This document shows, one piece after another, positions 11,801 to 24,590 of a stretch of 64,000 nt of DNA; position 1 is the stretch's first letter, and every line of letters starts with the position of its first letter. The position numbers and the translations under genes were made by a program. Source of the DNA: Paragordius varius (lineage: Eukaryota > Animalia > Nematomorpha); NCBI GenBank assembly GCA_964247055.1, contig OZ176053.1, positions 8,432,001 through 8,496,000 on the forward strand. The letters are read 5' to 3'. The notes under the pieces are model-generated. The model saw only the letters and a program-made list of their open reading frames with translations. It searched no databases and was not told where the DNA came from.

Positions 11801-14485
11801 CAATCTAAAAAGCGTTACGTCGGTTTAAGTTATGAAAGTTTGGATCAAAATGAACCCAAATTTGATGCTAAGGGAATCGAAACTGTTAGAAGAGATTTTT
11901 GCGCTGCAGTACCAAAAGTACAAATTTTTATATGAATCTAAATTGAAATATGTTATATATATTTTAAGAATTCAGTCAAACTAAAGACCGAAATATATTT
12001 AATATTTATCATAAAAAACTAATTATTAAACAAATTTTGCAGATTTTAAAGAAAGTCATTTTTGATTTGTTGAGGAGTGGTAGTATAACCGATTGTCGCC
12101 TTTTTTTACAACAAGAATTTTCCAAAATCAATGAAATGCGTGTTCCATTACGTGATTATATAATCTCTCGCGAATATCGCGGTCGAAACGGTAAAAACTA
12201 GATTTTATATGATATAATATTTAATTTTGGATTATTTAACAATATCGTTTATAACCTTTGTTTTATATATATTTTATATAAAAACTTAAATGTTTTTTCA
12301 TTAAATGTTATTTTAACTATATCTAGGCTACAAACCAAAGGCTTGCGTCCCCTCTTTAGAAATTGCTAAACGGTTAACATTAGCGGATCCCATGGCTGAA
12401 CCTTTAGTGAAAGAAAGAGTATGAATATATATCAACTTTCGTATGTATAAGTTCAAAAATAATTAAACTATGGGAATTACATAGGTGCCTAAATATATTT
12501 GAGTCAAATATTTTAAACTACACTATTTATAGGTCGAATTCGTACGAGAAAAGTTTGTAGTTATCTATATTTTATCAAGTACAAAAGTTACTATATTAGT
12601 AAAATTTGGCATATTAAATGAAAGAATACTTTGAGAAAATATGGCATTTAGATTTTTTAAAGTTCACAAAAATGGAACAACTATAAACTGAAACTTATAA
12701 ACCAAAATAACACAAGATATAGAGAATTATAAAACTGTATAAACACAACAAAGGAAATAATTTTATTACATAATAATTCAAATTTACCAATTTTATCAAT
12801 ATAATAATAATAATAATAATAATTTTTAAATCACAAAACTATTAATATTCAAGGTTCCATATGTCATTGTTAATCCCCCTTCATCCCATCAAAACTTAAT
12901 TATGGGCGGAGATCCTTTTCTCAAAAAGTATGCAAAACATCTTGGACCATTGCCTCTTATTGCGCTTGTACGCACACCAGGAGAATTTTTACAATCTCGA
13001 ATCCCTTACACACTTAATGCCGAATATTACATCACTAAACAAATTATACCTCCCATCAATAGAGTGCTAAATTTAATTGGTTTTGATGCTTCGAAATGGT
13101 AAGTTAGTTTTGTTTGATTAAAATATGATGATATATACTTTGAAAATTATCTTAAAAATATGTTTTTTTGGATTTTTTATTTTTATCCATATATATATAG
13201 GTATCAAGATATGCCAAGGTTTAAACGACATAGCCGCTATGAAGCATTATCTCTTTTAACGTTTACTGACAAAGTAATTTATTTAATTATTTATGAATGA
13301 ATATTTTTGTTACGTTTGATTTAGTTAAATTTTACACATTTAGTTTTTCATCATTAAAATTTTAACTAACGTTGCGATTGTGATTATATTCCAACTTTGC
13401 GCGCCTTATTATATTTTTTTTAATTAATTACACAATTTAAAAAGTTTTATTTATTTGATAGATTGGGAAAAATTCATAAATATTAAATATCTATCATCAT
13501 TGACTACTCTTATGAATATTTGATATATTTTGCAATGGATTAAATTATTACAAACCTATTTAACTTTTGGGAGCGTTTAATTATGCCATTTTTTATATTT
13601 AAAATTCAATGAATTAGGTTTATTCAGATTTTTAAAAAATATTATACCATTTTCCTAGAAAAAAGCCACAATAACCCAATACATAAAGTCAAATGAATGT
13701 TTTAGCTGCCGAAAACTTACAACAGGTTATTTTTGTGACCGATGTATTGATAATCGCGGTGAAACTATATTTTATTTAAATTCACTGGCACGCAAATGGT
13801 CTGAACGTTATCAAGATTTGTCATCAGTAAGATTATTTTTTTTTAAAGCTAATCTTAATTATATTTTTTGCTTTAAAAATATTTAATATAATTTCATCCC
13901 ATCCGTAAACACTGAAAATTAACTTGCAATTATGAGTTGGTTTAAATGAATTACAAATGATTTTTTTTGCTCTTGTTTAATTCTATAGTTTGCTAATTAT
14001 GGTACTACATATTGTAATTTTCAATTTTTTATTTTAACGTATATTAATTAAAATCAAAAAATCCTAAATTTTTTACATTTTTAAAAATTGGAAAAACAGA
14101 AAATCCCATATACTAGGTTAAAACAATTAACTGTGAGTTAGCTCAGAAACATATATTATATTTTTTAAATGAAATTGCATTATTTGAGGGAATATTAGAA
14201 ATGCTTAAGGTTGTATCGATAATGTTTAATGAAATTAGAGCTAGAAATATTGGAGGAGTAAATATTTAAGGGTTAAATTGTAAATTACAACGTTTTCTTA
14301 AATTTTATTTCCGTTTATTTATTATTCATGCAAAACAGATATGTACTTCTTGTACTTCAATCATGGGTGGTGGAAAAGAATGTATATCATTGGATTGTCC
14401 AGTCTTTTATATGTTAGTTGAATCTAATAAGCGAACATCTCAACTACCAAATTTACAAACATTAATTGAGCAACTTTCATTTTAA
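2837..14485 (+). CDS. REV3L: DNA polymerase zeta catalytic subunit, about 1760 aa, about 26 exons
   Basis: Exons: 2837-2969, 2995-3157, 3182-3335, 3360-3433, 3786-3940, 4013-4087, 4291-4632, 4885-4994, 5291-5937, 6004-6043, 6146-6211, 6313-6408, 6997-7138, 7764-8721, 9088-9414, 9841-10132, 10332-10500, 10566-10696, 10919-11119, 11780-11917, 12043-12190, 12327-12418, 12854-13098, 13201-13273, 13659-13826, 14339-14485 (sum 5286 nt, divisible by 3). Motifs: [72 protein letters not shown], and C-terminal CysA/CysB (CISLDCPV). The low-complexity middle exons are less certain. Confidence 0.95.
6419..6776. mobile_element. Foldback-type MITE whose TIRs are built of 21-bp subrepeats (REV3L intron 12)
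   Basis: Left end tataccatttacag followed by about 4 copies of ttcaaattcacccttgaacaa; the exact reverse complement (gggtgaatttgaattgtt..., ctgtaaatggtata) is at the right end; TA at both ends. Confidence 0.85.
8860..8960. repeat. Fragment of a dispersed repeat also at 62620-62830
   Basis: gagccattagaataagccggcgcaaaa (8887) matches gagccatttgaataagccggctcaaaa (62652); the 62.6-kb copy has an inverted counterpart ttttgagccggtttattaaatg near 62806. Confidence 0.5.
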
Positions 14486-14532
14486 AATAGACTCATCTTT
14501 TTAACTAAATTTTATTTGACAAAATTTTTACC

Positions 14533-14536
<4 letters not shown>

Positions 14537-14563
<27 letters not shown>
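14537..14563. repeat. (TA)n microsatellite; similar runs at ~17105, 30060, 31641, 34345, 51913, 58203, 61130 and 61588
   Basis: Uninterrupted TA dinucleotide runs read directly. Confidence 0.95.
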
Positions 14564-14569
<6 letters not shown>

Positions 14570-14914
14570 AAACTACCTCAACCAAATGATATATATTTTA
14601 CATAGCCATTAGACAATTTTACCAGCTATTATTTATTTATTGGACCTTTTTATTGGTTATATGTAGTTAGTTTTAATACAGATTAAATAAATAATTATTT
14701 TCTTTATTATTATATAATTAATATCCGTTAGTTTTTTTATGACATGGCTGTTATAAGCACATTTTTAAAAAATATTGCGTCTGTTCAGGATTGAGAGAAG
14801 AAGATGTATGTTTATAATTATTTATATCTATCAAAAATAGTATATTAATAATATAATTTATTTACATTAAATGCCCAATAAAATTTTGACATAATTATTT
14901 ATTTCTATGTGGTT

Positions 14915-17099
14915 TTAAAATATGTATTTTCGACATTTTTCGGATTTGCATTTGCATACTATTCGGCTCTTTCGCGATAATTGTTTTATTCTAAGTGGTG
15001 ATTTATTTTTGCTATTGGTAAGGGGTGAATTAGAACCATTTGGTTGAATTTCGATTTTGCATTTTTTGTTCGTATAATCTGATCTCAAAGAATCCAAAAG
15101 CGATGATTGATTTAAATTTATAGTTTGTATAAATGTTGTATCATCATCCAATGTTTTCCTTTTAAGGTCAGCCATGATTTTTTTATCGCTGCTGGCATCT
15201 GAAGAAAGGGGTGGCGTTAATAGCCCGGAATGCATTGAATTCAACAGGATATCTTGACACATATTATTCAAATTAATAACATTATTTTTGTCATAATTTT
15301 GGGTTAATAATTCATTATCTGGGTATTCAATAGGATTGAACTCTTGTTTTATATAAGTATTGGTAATCATATTATCAATATTATTGTTAATTTTAGGTGA
15401 AGGTTTAAATTCTAATTTTTGGGAGCATTTTTTTACTTCTGTATTATTTTTGAGCTTTGCTTGTTCGCTGTAAGGAGATTTGATAGCACCAGTGTACTTG
15501 TTATTTTCTAAATATAAAAAATAATCAGATTTACTCATTTTAATATGGAAAAAACTGAATCTTTGAAAATATGTACCGTAATTTAGGTAATCAAATGTTA
15601 GCTCCTCACCATTTTCGATATCTCGAGTGGCAAAAAACGCAATACGCGGCATTTTTATATCCAAATTATTGATATATACTGCATATTGTACCAGGTTAGG
15701 GTCACACTACACAGATAATATATTATTTATATGTTTAAAATAAAACTACAAATATGCAATCAATAGGTAATAGAGTCTAACCAACTATGTAGGCATTTAA
15801 GACCGCTTATAAATCACTAAAAAATATAAATGTATTTCAGAAATGGAAATTGTTCGGCTCTTTTATTTGATTATCCCAAAAATATTTCCTTATCACTATT
15901 AAAAGCATATTGATCAATTAAGTTTATCTAATATAAAAAAATATTTGCATGTGGTATGTATTAATTGACTGCTAATTCATGAATGATGTGTTCAGTTCGA
16001 TTATTATGTGTGACCACCATTCAAAAACGTATCTTTAATCAAAATATTCTCTTTATTTTGTCGTCGTAAACAAATTACCGAATGATTAACGAAATGTGAA
16101 ACGTTAGAATATTTTCCCGCATCTATGGTATAAGCATTGTCCTGATCACAAAAATCTAAATCTAGTAGGTATGTCATACCATTGCTATCATATACCCTAC
16201 CCCTTTTTTCAGCCTCCTCGTTTGTAATTATCTAATGTGATTTAATACGATGTAATATAAAAAGGCTAAATAGTGTAACAAATAACTGTGTGGTAAGAAA
16301 TAATATAGTAAAAATTAAATAATTAATATTTATTACCCTGATCAGAAATGATGTGATAGGGATTTTTTTTGAAATAAAATATTAAAAAAATCAAATTATT
16401 GTGCATATTCTTTAAATCTTAAAAAGAAATATATAATATATATATTTTTCGCTATAAAATTTTATGAAATAATTATATTTGGCAATATATGCGATTGAAT
16501 ATAAAATATTTGAATAATTAAAGACTCAACTCAAAATAAATATATTATTATTATTGCAAATATTCCTAAATACAATGATGTCTGTATAAAACAGCTTTTA
16601 AACTTTGTTTCCCAAAATATTATTTTGTTGTAAACTTTTATTGACTTACCTCACCAATATACTCCATAACAAAACGATCCTTCTTAATCTTTTGAAGTGA
16701 TTTAACGGCCCAACCCTTGTCGGCAGTTTTAAAGATGCAAAATTTTAAATGTTTGTTTCCCCGCTGAACGATGCGAGCTCGACACAAAGTAGGATCACAC
16801 AAACATTTCTTATTACATTCATAGATGGGGGAACCACGTGGAATTTTGACCATACCTTTCTTATTGTAAGGAAATATACCGCCAGACATAACGTTGCAAC
16901 ACACCTTACAAAATCACACGAAAGAACTGGATAAATTAAAATGTTAGCTAAATATTAATGATTGATTTATAACCCATTTTCTCTGAACTTAAATAAATCA
17001 TTTATGTTGTAAATTTCCCTTTGATATTTCAAATTTTCCCTGGAATATTCCTAATTCACCCTTTATCATGAAATACCCTAGAACATTAATTCACTCCAA

Positions 17100-17138
<39 letters not shown>

Positions 17139-18067
17139 CATAAACCAATTATTTCTTTATCAGCGTCCTTTTTTGTTACTTTAGTTTGTAAATTTTTTAA
17201 CAAAAAATTCCAAAATTATCGAAAAATGTGATTAAACAATAAAGTGCCAAAAAAGTATATACATAATTCACCTTGTTCCAATTTTCGTGATTTGTTACAA
17301 ACCGTTTTTTGAGAGCTGAGTCATAATACCAACAATTGTGTGAACATTCACAACCTATTGGCGGGTCATCCGATATCACGACATTAAAAGGTTTGTATTC
17401 AGTTATATATACAAAATTTGAAGGAAGTAAATTGTAGTCAATATCATTTTCAATAAAAATTTGATTATATCCAATAATGAGATTTATTTTATCTTGCCAT
17501 TCTTTTAAGGCTTTGTTGAAGGATTGGGTGTATCTGTTAACATTTTTGCTCTTTGATAGATTTTTATTATGTTTAATGGGATCTAATTAATAATAAGTAT
17601 CTCAATACTTTTTGATATGTTAGTAAAATTTTGTTTTTCGTAATTGGTTATTTTAGTAAAATTTTGTTTTTCGTAATTGTTTAGAAGATGTATACAATGT
17701 AGGTTTTCTTTAGGTTCCCATGTGTTTTCAATTTCATCGTACCCATTCCATTTAATCAAATAAAATATTTTATCGATGTGAAAACGAGGTAATATTATCC
17801 TACAGTGATCGATTATTTTTTCTACTTCATATTCATTGTTATAAATGGTTACTATGGTTTATAGAAATAGGAGAAAAAACTTTTTTTTCGGGGCCATCTT
17901 CTGTCATCAATGGATTGTATGTCAAAAGTTCTACACTGTAAATTATTTGCATTGGCGATAAAAATGAGATCTTTATGAGTTGAAAGCCCTGGGATATGAA
18001 GTAGAGTGTAGCCTGCTAAGGCATCCTCAATATAATGCTTGATTCGTGCTGATGAAACGAATTTCAT
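14915..18067 (-). CDS. SUV39H: H3K9 methyltransferase of the SUV39H/Su(var)3-9 family (chromo, pre-SET, SET, post-SET), about 623 aa
   Basis: Exons 18067-17881, 17851-17609, 17582-17272, 16904-16650, 16231-16079, 15706-15577 and 15507-14915 are phase-consistent (1872 nt). Chromodomain EYEVEKI...[21 protein letters not shown]; pre-[18 protein letters not shown]; [34 protein letters not shown]; post-[16 protein letters not shown]. Introns 29, 26, 367, 418, 372, 69 nt. Confidence 0.93.
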
Positions 18068-18140
18068 TTTTTCTATTAATTTAAAATATCCCGCATTTTA
18101 ATGGGGGCATGTTTTAATCCAACTATGCTATTATAAAAGC
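18068..18140. promoter_or_regulatory. Putative bidirectional promoter / shared 5' region of SUV39H and MRPS23
   Basis: Only 73 bp separate the two divergent ATGs. No TSS data. Confidence 0.55.
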
Positions 18141-18581
18141 ATGGCTCAATCGAAAAATCCAAATATTGGCACTATTTACACAAGGTATGTTTTAACTTAT
18201 ATATTACAGAATTAAAGGACTTATCACTGGCGGTGCAATTAAATATGAAGATAGACCAATATGGTATGATGTTTACGAGAAATATCCACCCTTACCTGTC
18301 CCTTCCAAAAAACCTATCCCTAAATTAATATACCCCGAAGATTATATTCGAGCGTAAATAGTTATTTTAACTTTGCAGATATTATTATAAAAACATTGGA
18401 AAATCAGATATAATAGACCTATTTAACCATGAAAAAACAAAATGTCAAAAGTATTTTATCAATCATTTTCAGGTTTGTTGATAAATATTTTGAAATTTTA
18501 AAAAGTAACCCAAACAAAGAAGACAACATTTTTGAAAAAGCCAAAAAGTCTTTGGAATTGGAAGGAATATTAAATAAATAA
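18141..18581 (+). CDS. MRPS23: Mitochondrial small-subunit ribosomal protein mS23; absent from the ORF track because of three micro-introns
   Basis: Exons 18141-18184, 18210-18353, 18379-18450, 18473-18581; introns 25, 25, 22 nt. Spliced product MAQSKNPNIGTIYTRIKGLITGGAIKYEDRPIWYDVYEKYPP...PKLIYPEDYIRA...CQKFVDKY...ELEGILNK*, with the mS23 P-x-W-Y-D-V-Y-x-x-x-P-P and YPED-x-I-R motifs. Confidence 0.88.
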
Positions 18582-19289
18582 AAAAATATAAATTTAAATA
18601 ATTATTGCCTTGTTGAATATATATTTTTAGTATTCCGAAATGGCCTATCTATATTAATCTTAAAATTTTTTGTTACGCCTTCAAATGCAGAGATTCCATA
18701 ATACGTGTCCTATAATTTAATTTAAGGCGAAAAATTTGTAAAAGATCAAAATTAATTCATGAATATTCAACATGGAGTCAGCAATCCATTTTTAATTTTA
18801 AAAAATTTCGATCACATAAAAATTATTTATTTCATTTACTTTTTATATATTAAATAAACTTAAAGATAAAATTCATTCCTTTTAAAATATTGATTCATCA
18901 AACTTGATCAGGGTACTCAATTAAGAGTTTCTGATATATTTTTTTCTTCCATGCTTTGAGTAGGCTTCTTTAATATAAATTTTTCGTTCCTCTACAGTGG
19001 TACTCAAATCGCGGCCCTAAAGTCCTCATTTATGGAGACCTAAATTATCTATTTGAATTTTTTATGTACCTTAGAATATAAATATTCCCGTATATGTCTA
19101 ATAGCTATGCAATATTTGCCGGCATTATCCCTGAAAAAAAAATCATTTGTGCGACTTTTTAAATTTTTTGGTGAGTGCCGCGATCATCCGTAATTGCTTT
19201 TTGTCATGTTTTGTAGGGCGACCTGGTAGTTGAATTTTAAATTATCATCATTTGTATGGGGATTCGCCAAATGGCGGTGCACCGTTAAT

Positions 19290-21320
19290 TTCTTTCAACT
19301 TTTCTTGATGTGGCTAATTCTAGATTTCTAAGCGATTCGAGGTCTTTTGTTATTGTGTTGAGCCATGTGGTAGGCGGTCCACCGGATTTGGTTTATAGTT
19401 CGACTGAGTATTTTTCATAGTTTTAAGGATATGGGTATCTTCCCGTCTCTCAACATGTCAGCCCATTGTAACCGATCTTTTTCTAGATATTATCATCATA
19501 TCTTCGCCTAATATGTCCTAACCAATTCAGTCTTTTGGTTTGGATTATTGATCAATTGGATCTATTTAAAAGGTTGCGTTTTATTTAAATTGTTTATGGT
19601 TGAGTTTAATGCATAAAGGATTGTTTGGTTCTATCTTCCGTTCATAATATATATTTTTTTAGTCAGTTAGTGTAAATCTTTGCTTTGGTCTTGATGCTTA
19701 TTAATTAGTTGTTTATAATTGTGCTCGATAAAAGATGCTTTTTCCAGGGTTTTGGCTGAGTCGGTGTTTCATTGCATTTCCTATACCTCCTCCGGTTTCC
19801 GAGGTATATAAAAGAATTTTCTGTTTCAATGGCTAGGGGTATAAATGGTTCAGTATTTTGAATAGCTTTTAATTCAATGCATTATTTGCTTAAGAAGTTT
19901 GAAAGGTTCAAGAATTGGTAGCTAAAAAACTTCTTGTTCAGTCATAAATGTCGTGTGCATATTAGAATGTTAGATTTAAGTTTTTACTACAAATACTACA
20001 AGGGTACTTTGTTTTTTATCGATAGCGACTATAAACTTAGTTTTGTTAAGCGTTACTTTGAGACCAAAACTTTCGAATGTAGATTGTATATACGCATGTC
20101 TGCTTGCGATGTAAAAGTCAGTACCAAATCGTCGGCCAATAAGATCTGTAATGGTAAACCTGTTCTAATGTCGCTGTAATTTTATCTTGTGTTTCATTGC
20201 GTAAAGAACTCAAATCGATTTGGAATTTTTGAGTCCATAGGCAGTTTTTATCTTAGTATAGCTTTTGTGGTAGATATTCATTAATGCTTTAATAATTCAT
20301 TCTTCACACCGTTTCCTTATTAAAGACCGTGGTATTAGTGTTCTGGATACACTAAAAGCCATCAGGTCAAAAAGGCGTAAGAAGTGGATTTATTAAAATG
20401 GGTCGATTGTATTATATGAATATAGCATCTGTTTTACTTTTAATTATTAATAAAACCCAATCACATGTTTAGTAAAATTTATTTTTAAGTTTATCGAGCA
20501 CAATCATTTCATACATTTTCAATGAATGTTCTACAACAGGGTTGTCAAAGCTCGCATGCGGCCCTCCGAGACTTTATGTTCGGCCAGCGAAATATTAGGA
20601 AATCCATAATTTTCAAAATCTTGTTACAAATCTTAATTTAATATTTCTACAATTTTTCTCAAATTTATCTAATCGGCAAGAACTAATATTTTTTATATTG
20701 TGTTTGCATTTTACAGTTTTATGTTTGCACTCCAATAAATTATTATGAATGCCCATTTATATTTTAAATGGGGCTCGGCGAAACTTTACTCAAAAATGCG
20801 GCCCGCGAAGTCATTTATGTTAAACATTCCTGTTCTAGAATTTCGATAGGCCTGTATGCGTGGGATCATGGGGCTTCCCCTCTGGAAATTGGAATAATAA
20901 AACTTTCTTTCCGTTCGGGGATCTTGCCTGTTTTGACTATTATATTGGACAAAAGGAGAGTTTGGGAGTTATTATGGCTGGGTCAACCTTCAATTATGTC
21001 GACAGATACATCGCTTAAGCCGGTTGTTTTTTACTTTTCAGTTTGGATAGAGCTTTTAATATCTCGTTTGGTTTCATAATCTCTGGACAACTTTGAACAG
21101 GTCATAAATTAGTATCATTAACTATTTTAAAAGAATGTAAAGACTCTTTTAGTGATGATTGTTTTACCGCTTGCGGATTAAAGCTGATCGCGTTGGAGAT
21201 GCGTGTAGCATTTGCATACTTTTGTTCATCACATTCATTTAAACTCTTTTCACATTTCTAGATTTTTTGTGACGTTTTTTTCCTCTATATTGTTGGCAAA
21301 ATCGAGGGTTTGGGTATTTT
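19290..21320 (-). mobile_element. Decayed non-LTR retrotransposon (RTE/CR1-like reverse transcriptase ORF)
   Basis: Minus-strand remnants in correct order with stops and frameshifts: EILKALSKLKSKK (~21050), GKIPERKESFIIPI...YRPIEILEHSLKMYEMIVLDKL (20930-20480, split by a MITE), ENSFIYLGN (~19810), KRLNWLGHIRR (~19530), GGPPTTWLNTITKDL (~19370). Confidence 0.85.
20537..20832. mobile_element. hAT (Charlie-like) MITE inserted in the LINE
   Basis: Ends cagggttgtcaaa...taaacattcctg with subterminal atgcggccc motifs; 8-bp TSD ttctacaa / ttctagaa (NTCTAGAN preference). Removing it restores the RT peptide RPIEILE-HSLKMYE. Confidence 0.85.
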
Positions 21321-23759
21321 TTAAGTGACGCAGCATTTTTTGCGCCTTACCACTGCTTGCAGATATGCATTTTTTTATCCAAAATTTTATCTTTTAAACC
21401 AAATCCGTGTAGATTTTTTTTGTGGTAGAAAAATGATTTACATTATTTTCAAACCACCATTTATTTTTATTTGGAGAAGATTTTTTAGTGTGGCGTCCTA
21501 CAAAATTTTCAATATTGAATTTGAGTGTGTTTTTCAAAAAATTCCGTTTTCATTTGCATCAGCCCATATGGGAATGTTAAACGATAATTTTAATTATTAT
21601 CATATTGTTGTTTATTGTATTCATCGTTAAACTTTATTTAGTTTGAGCGATTTCGTTGAATCCATTTTGTTTTTTTAATTTACCACAACTAGTTTATAAT
21701 TTATATGCATGTTCGGAATTGTATTGATTGCATTTAATAAAAAGAATTGATACAATTACAGTTATCCATATTTCCTTTTAGCAATATAATCAAATATGAC
21801 ATTTTTTTTATTTTAACATAATTACATTTCAAATGCTTACATGGATATCCAACATTTATCAACCAGGATTGGGAAACAGTTTTATATAGATAGATTAATA
21901 AACTCAGTGATTAAAAACATATAGGTGTTTAATATAATGTTAGGGAAATAACATGCATCCACAAATTTATAATATAACATTTAGAAAAACTATTTTTTTA
22001 TAATTAATTGATTTCCTAAAACACACTACCTTTAAAAGTAAATCGTTTTTCTGTTGCAAAAAATTTTTAAAATAGGTAGTCCGGGGATTTGTTTAAGTAG
22101 TTAAAATCGAAAATGATATTTCAGACAAAATGAGAAAAAGTTTCATTTAAAAAATAAAAAATATCATTTTTATTTTTGATGAGAGACATATTCTAACATC
22201 GAACCTGGTTAGCATTTGTTCTATAGATAGATTAACATATTTCACTAGCGATGCAATGATAACTTTATTTATTACACTTGAAAACTTACAAAGGCAATTT
22301 TATATGCAACTTAAATTTGATACTTTATACATTTTTAGATGGATGGTCAACATCCCTTCTTTAGGTGGCTTTAATTATATTAAAAGTTAAACTATTATAT
22401 CTATCTATATAAAATTAGATAGAATATCTATGCGGCACTAGTTTTAGCAATTCGACAAAAACTGCTATGGACCCTAAAACATATTTTATCTATCAGGGAT
22501 TTTTTGACAAAAATTTGATTGATTATTTTTTCAAAAGTAGTTAACCAAATTAAAATATTTATTACAATAGGCAAAATCTCATGTTTGCGGTATTAATTGA
22601 AAAATTTATTTTATATGGCTTTATGAATCCTTCCTTATGTACGGACGGGATGCTTTGGGTCAAAAATGTCTTTCGCGAAGCTCTTACTGTTAAATTAGGC
22701 CCAAGTCGCCAGATGGGGAGGTGGTTAATTTTTCAGGATTCTCGTATAATTATGAGTCCTGTCAATGAAAAATTTACGTAGAGCATGCTGACCAATTTTC
22801 TCAGAAGTAAACAACAGTTACCAGTTAATATTACTGCACACAAAATCAGGAAAAAAAATATAATTTATAAAAAATCTGTTGAATTTAACATTCTCAAAGT
22901 TGGTTTTAAGGTTTGCGAACGATTTAAGGAAGTTACCACTTTAATCAACGCGAATTCGCATATTATGTCAATTTTTAACAGAAACTAGATTAGTTAACCA
23001 AATTATTTTTTTGATATATATATTATAAATTAAATTAACATTATTTTTTATATGAGCTTCCATTTCACATTTATGAAACTCGTAATGAGCTGGTCTTAAA
23101 ATGGCGGCAAAAAGCCGAGATTTCGCGAATAGAATTGTTAGCTAGATCAGGGGTGTTTGACGCAAATGGCCTCGCGCGTCATATTTAATATATATGGGAT
23201 ATAATTAATTATATGATATTAATATTATTTATATGGTCCCATACTAAAATACAAGCCATGTTATTTTAGCGTATTAAGTTTAAATCGGCCCCACTCAGTT
23301 AATTAAAAAGCGCTTGAGTAGACGTTTTGCATTTTATATGGAAATACCTGAAACCAATATTAATATAATTTCCTCGCATGACCTGTGCGAAAAATTGCTT
23401 CAAAGTTTAGCATTTAACATACTGTAGAACCCAACCCAGCGGTTAATTTTAAAAGATGCCGAGCTTTAATTTTGTTTTTATGCGGGAAATACCTATCATA
23501 ATGAATATTACAAGGTCTAGTAGAGGCTTTAAAGCCATGTTTTTTTAATAAAATGGCTTATTTAACATGGTTTTGGCTCTGTGTGTGTGTTGTTGTGTTG
23601 CTAAGGCCGATTCCGACTATCTGCAACATTGAATATATATCTTCTTCACTCATTGGATATACCAGATCTAACATTTAGTTCGACTAATGTTTGTTTGTTT
23701 CTTTGAGGATGTTATCCATGTGAGCTCTTTTTCCTATTTTACGAGCTTCACTCATTTTT

Positions 23760-24590
23760 TCCAGCATCAAAATAAGATTTGGTCGTTTCAGGATATCATG
23801 TTAACAACCAAAATCAGATTAATTAAAACAATGGTATTCCCCTCATTACTATATGAGTCTAAAAGCTGGTACTGTTGGCATGGAGTCCAAATATCCTATT
23901 CTACTATTTTAAACAAAATTAATCCGAAATGTCCCTACTTGGTAGCCTAATACCAAAAACTCTTAATTCAATCACATATGAGATCCAATACTCAATCGAA
24001 AAGTCAGTTAAGCTCGTAAAAAAGGACGAAGAAAAACTCGCTGGATGGAAAACATTCCCAAAGAAACAAACCAATCATTAGCTGAAAACTCTAGTGGTAT
24101 ATGTAATGAGTGGAGAAGATATAGTGATAATGTTGCAGTTAGTCGGAATCGACTTTAGCAACAAAACACCACACACATATTCCAGTATTGAATCAATTTT
24201 TTCGTTTTATAGCATAAGTATTGGTCATCTTTTTCATATTCACCGTATATGCTTTTTTGAGACCATACGTTGGGGGATAATTTTATTTACTTTTCATCTA
24301 CATGGTCACATCCGTTCATTACGCAGATGACACAGTTATATTCGTGGACAGTGTCGACATCTTATCGCAAATTCTATAACTTTTTACAATCTACTGTTAC
24401 AAACTAAAAATTAACTTTAAAAAAACAAAAGTAGTACAAATCAACCCGGCTCAAAAAATCAACTCAGTAATCCCCAAGGAAAATCCGATTACTGTAGACA
24501 GGAACACGTATTTGGGCAGTATAATAAATAATAACAAAAACTCGACCCCAGAAATAAAACGAAGAATCTCCATTGCGAAATCAGTTTAGG
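23760..24590 (+). mobile_element. Scrambled RTE-clade LINE fragments
   Basis: TTKIRLIKTMVFPSLLYESKSW (~23800-23870) and TYLGSIINNNKNSTPEIKRRISIAK (~24505-24580) are typical RTE RT C-terminal motifs, present in non-collinear order. Confidence 0.75.

Noticed and set aside
15555-15576. 16- or 22-nt distal micro-intron in SUV39H
   Set aside because: Both nearby AGs lead to an in-frame TGA; the 69-nt intron or plain read-through keeps the frame.
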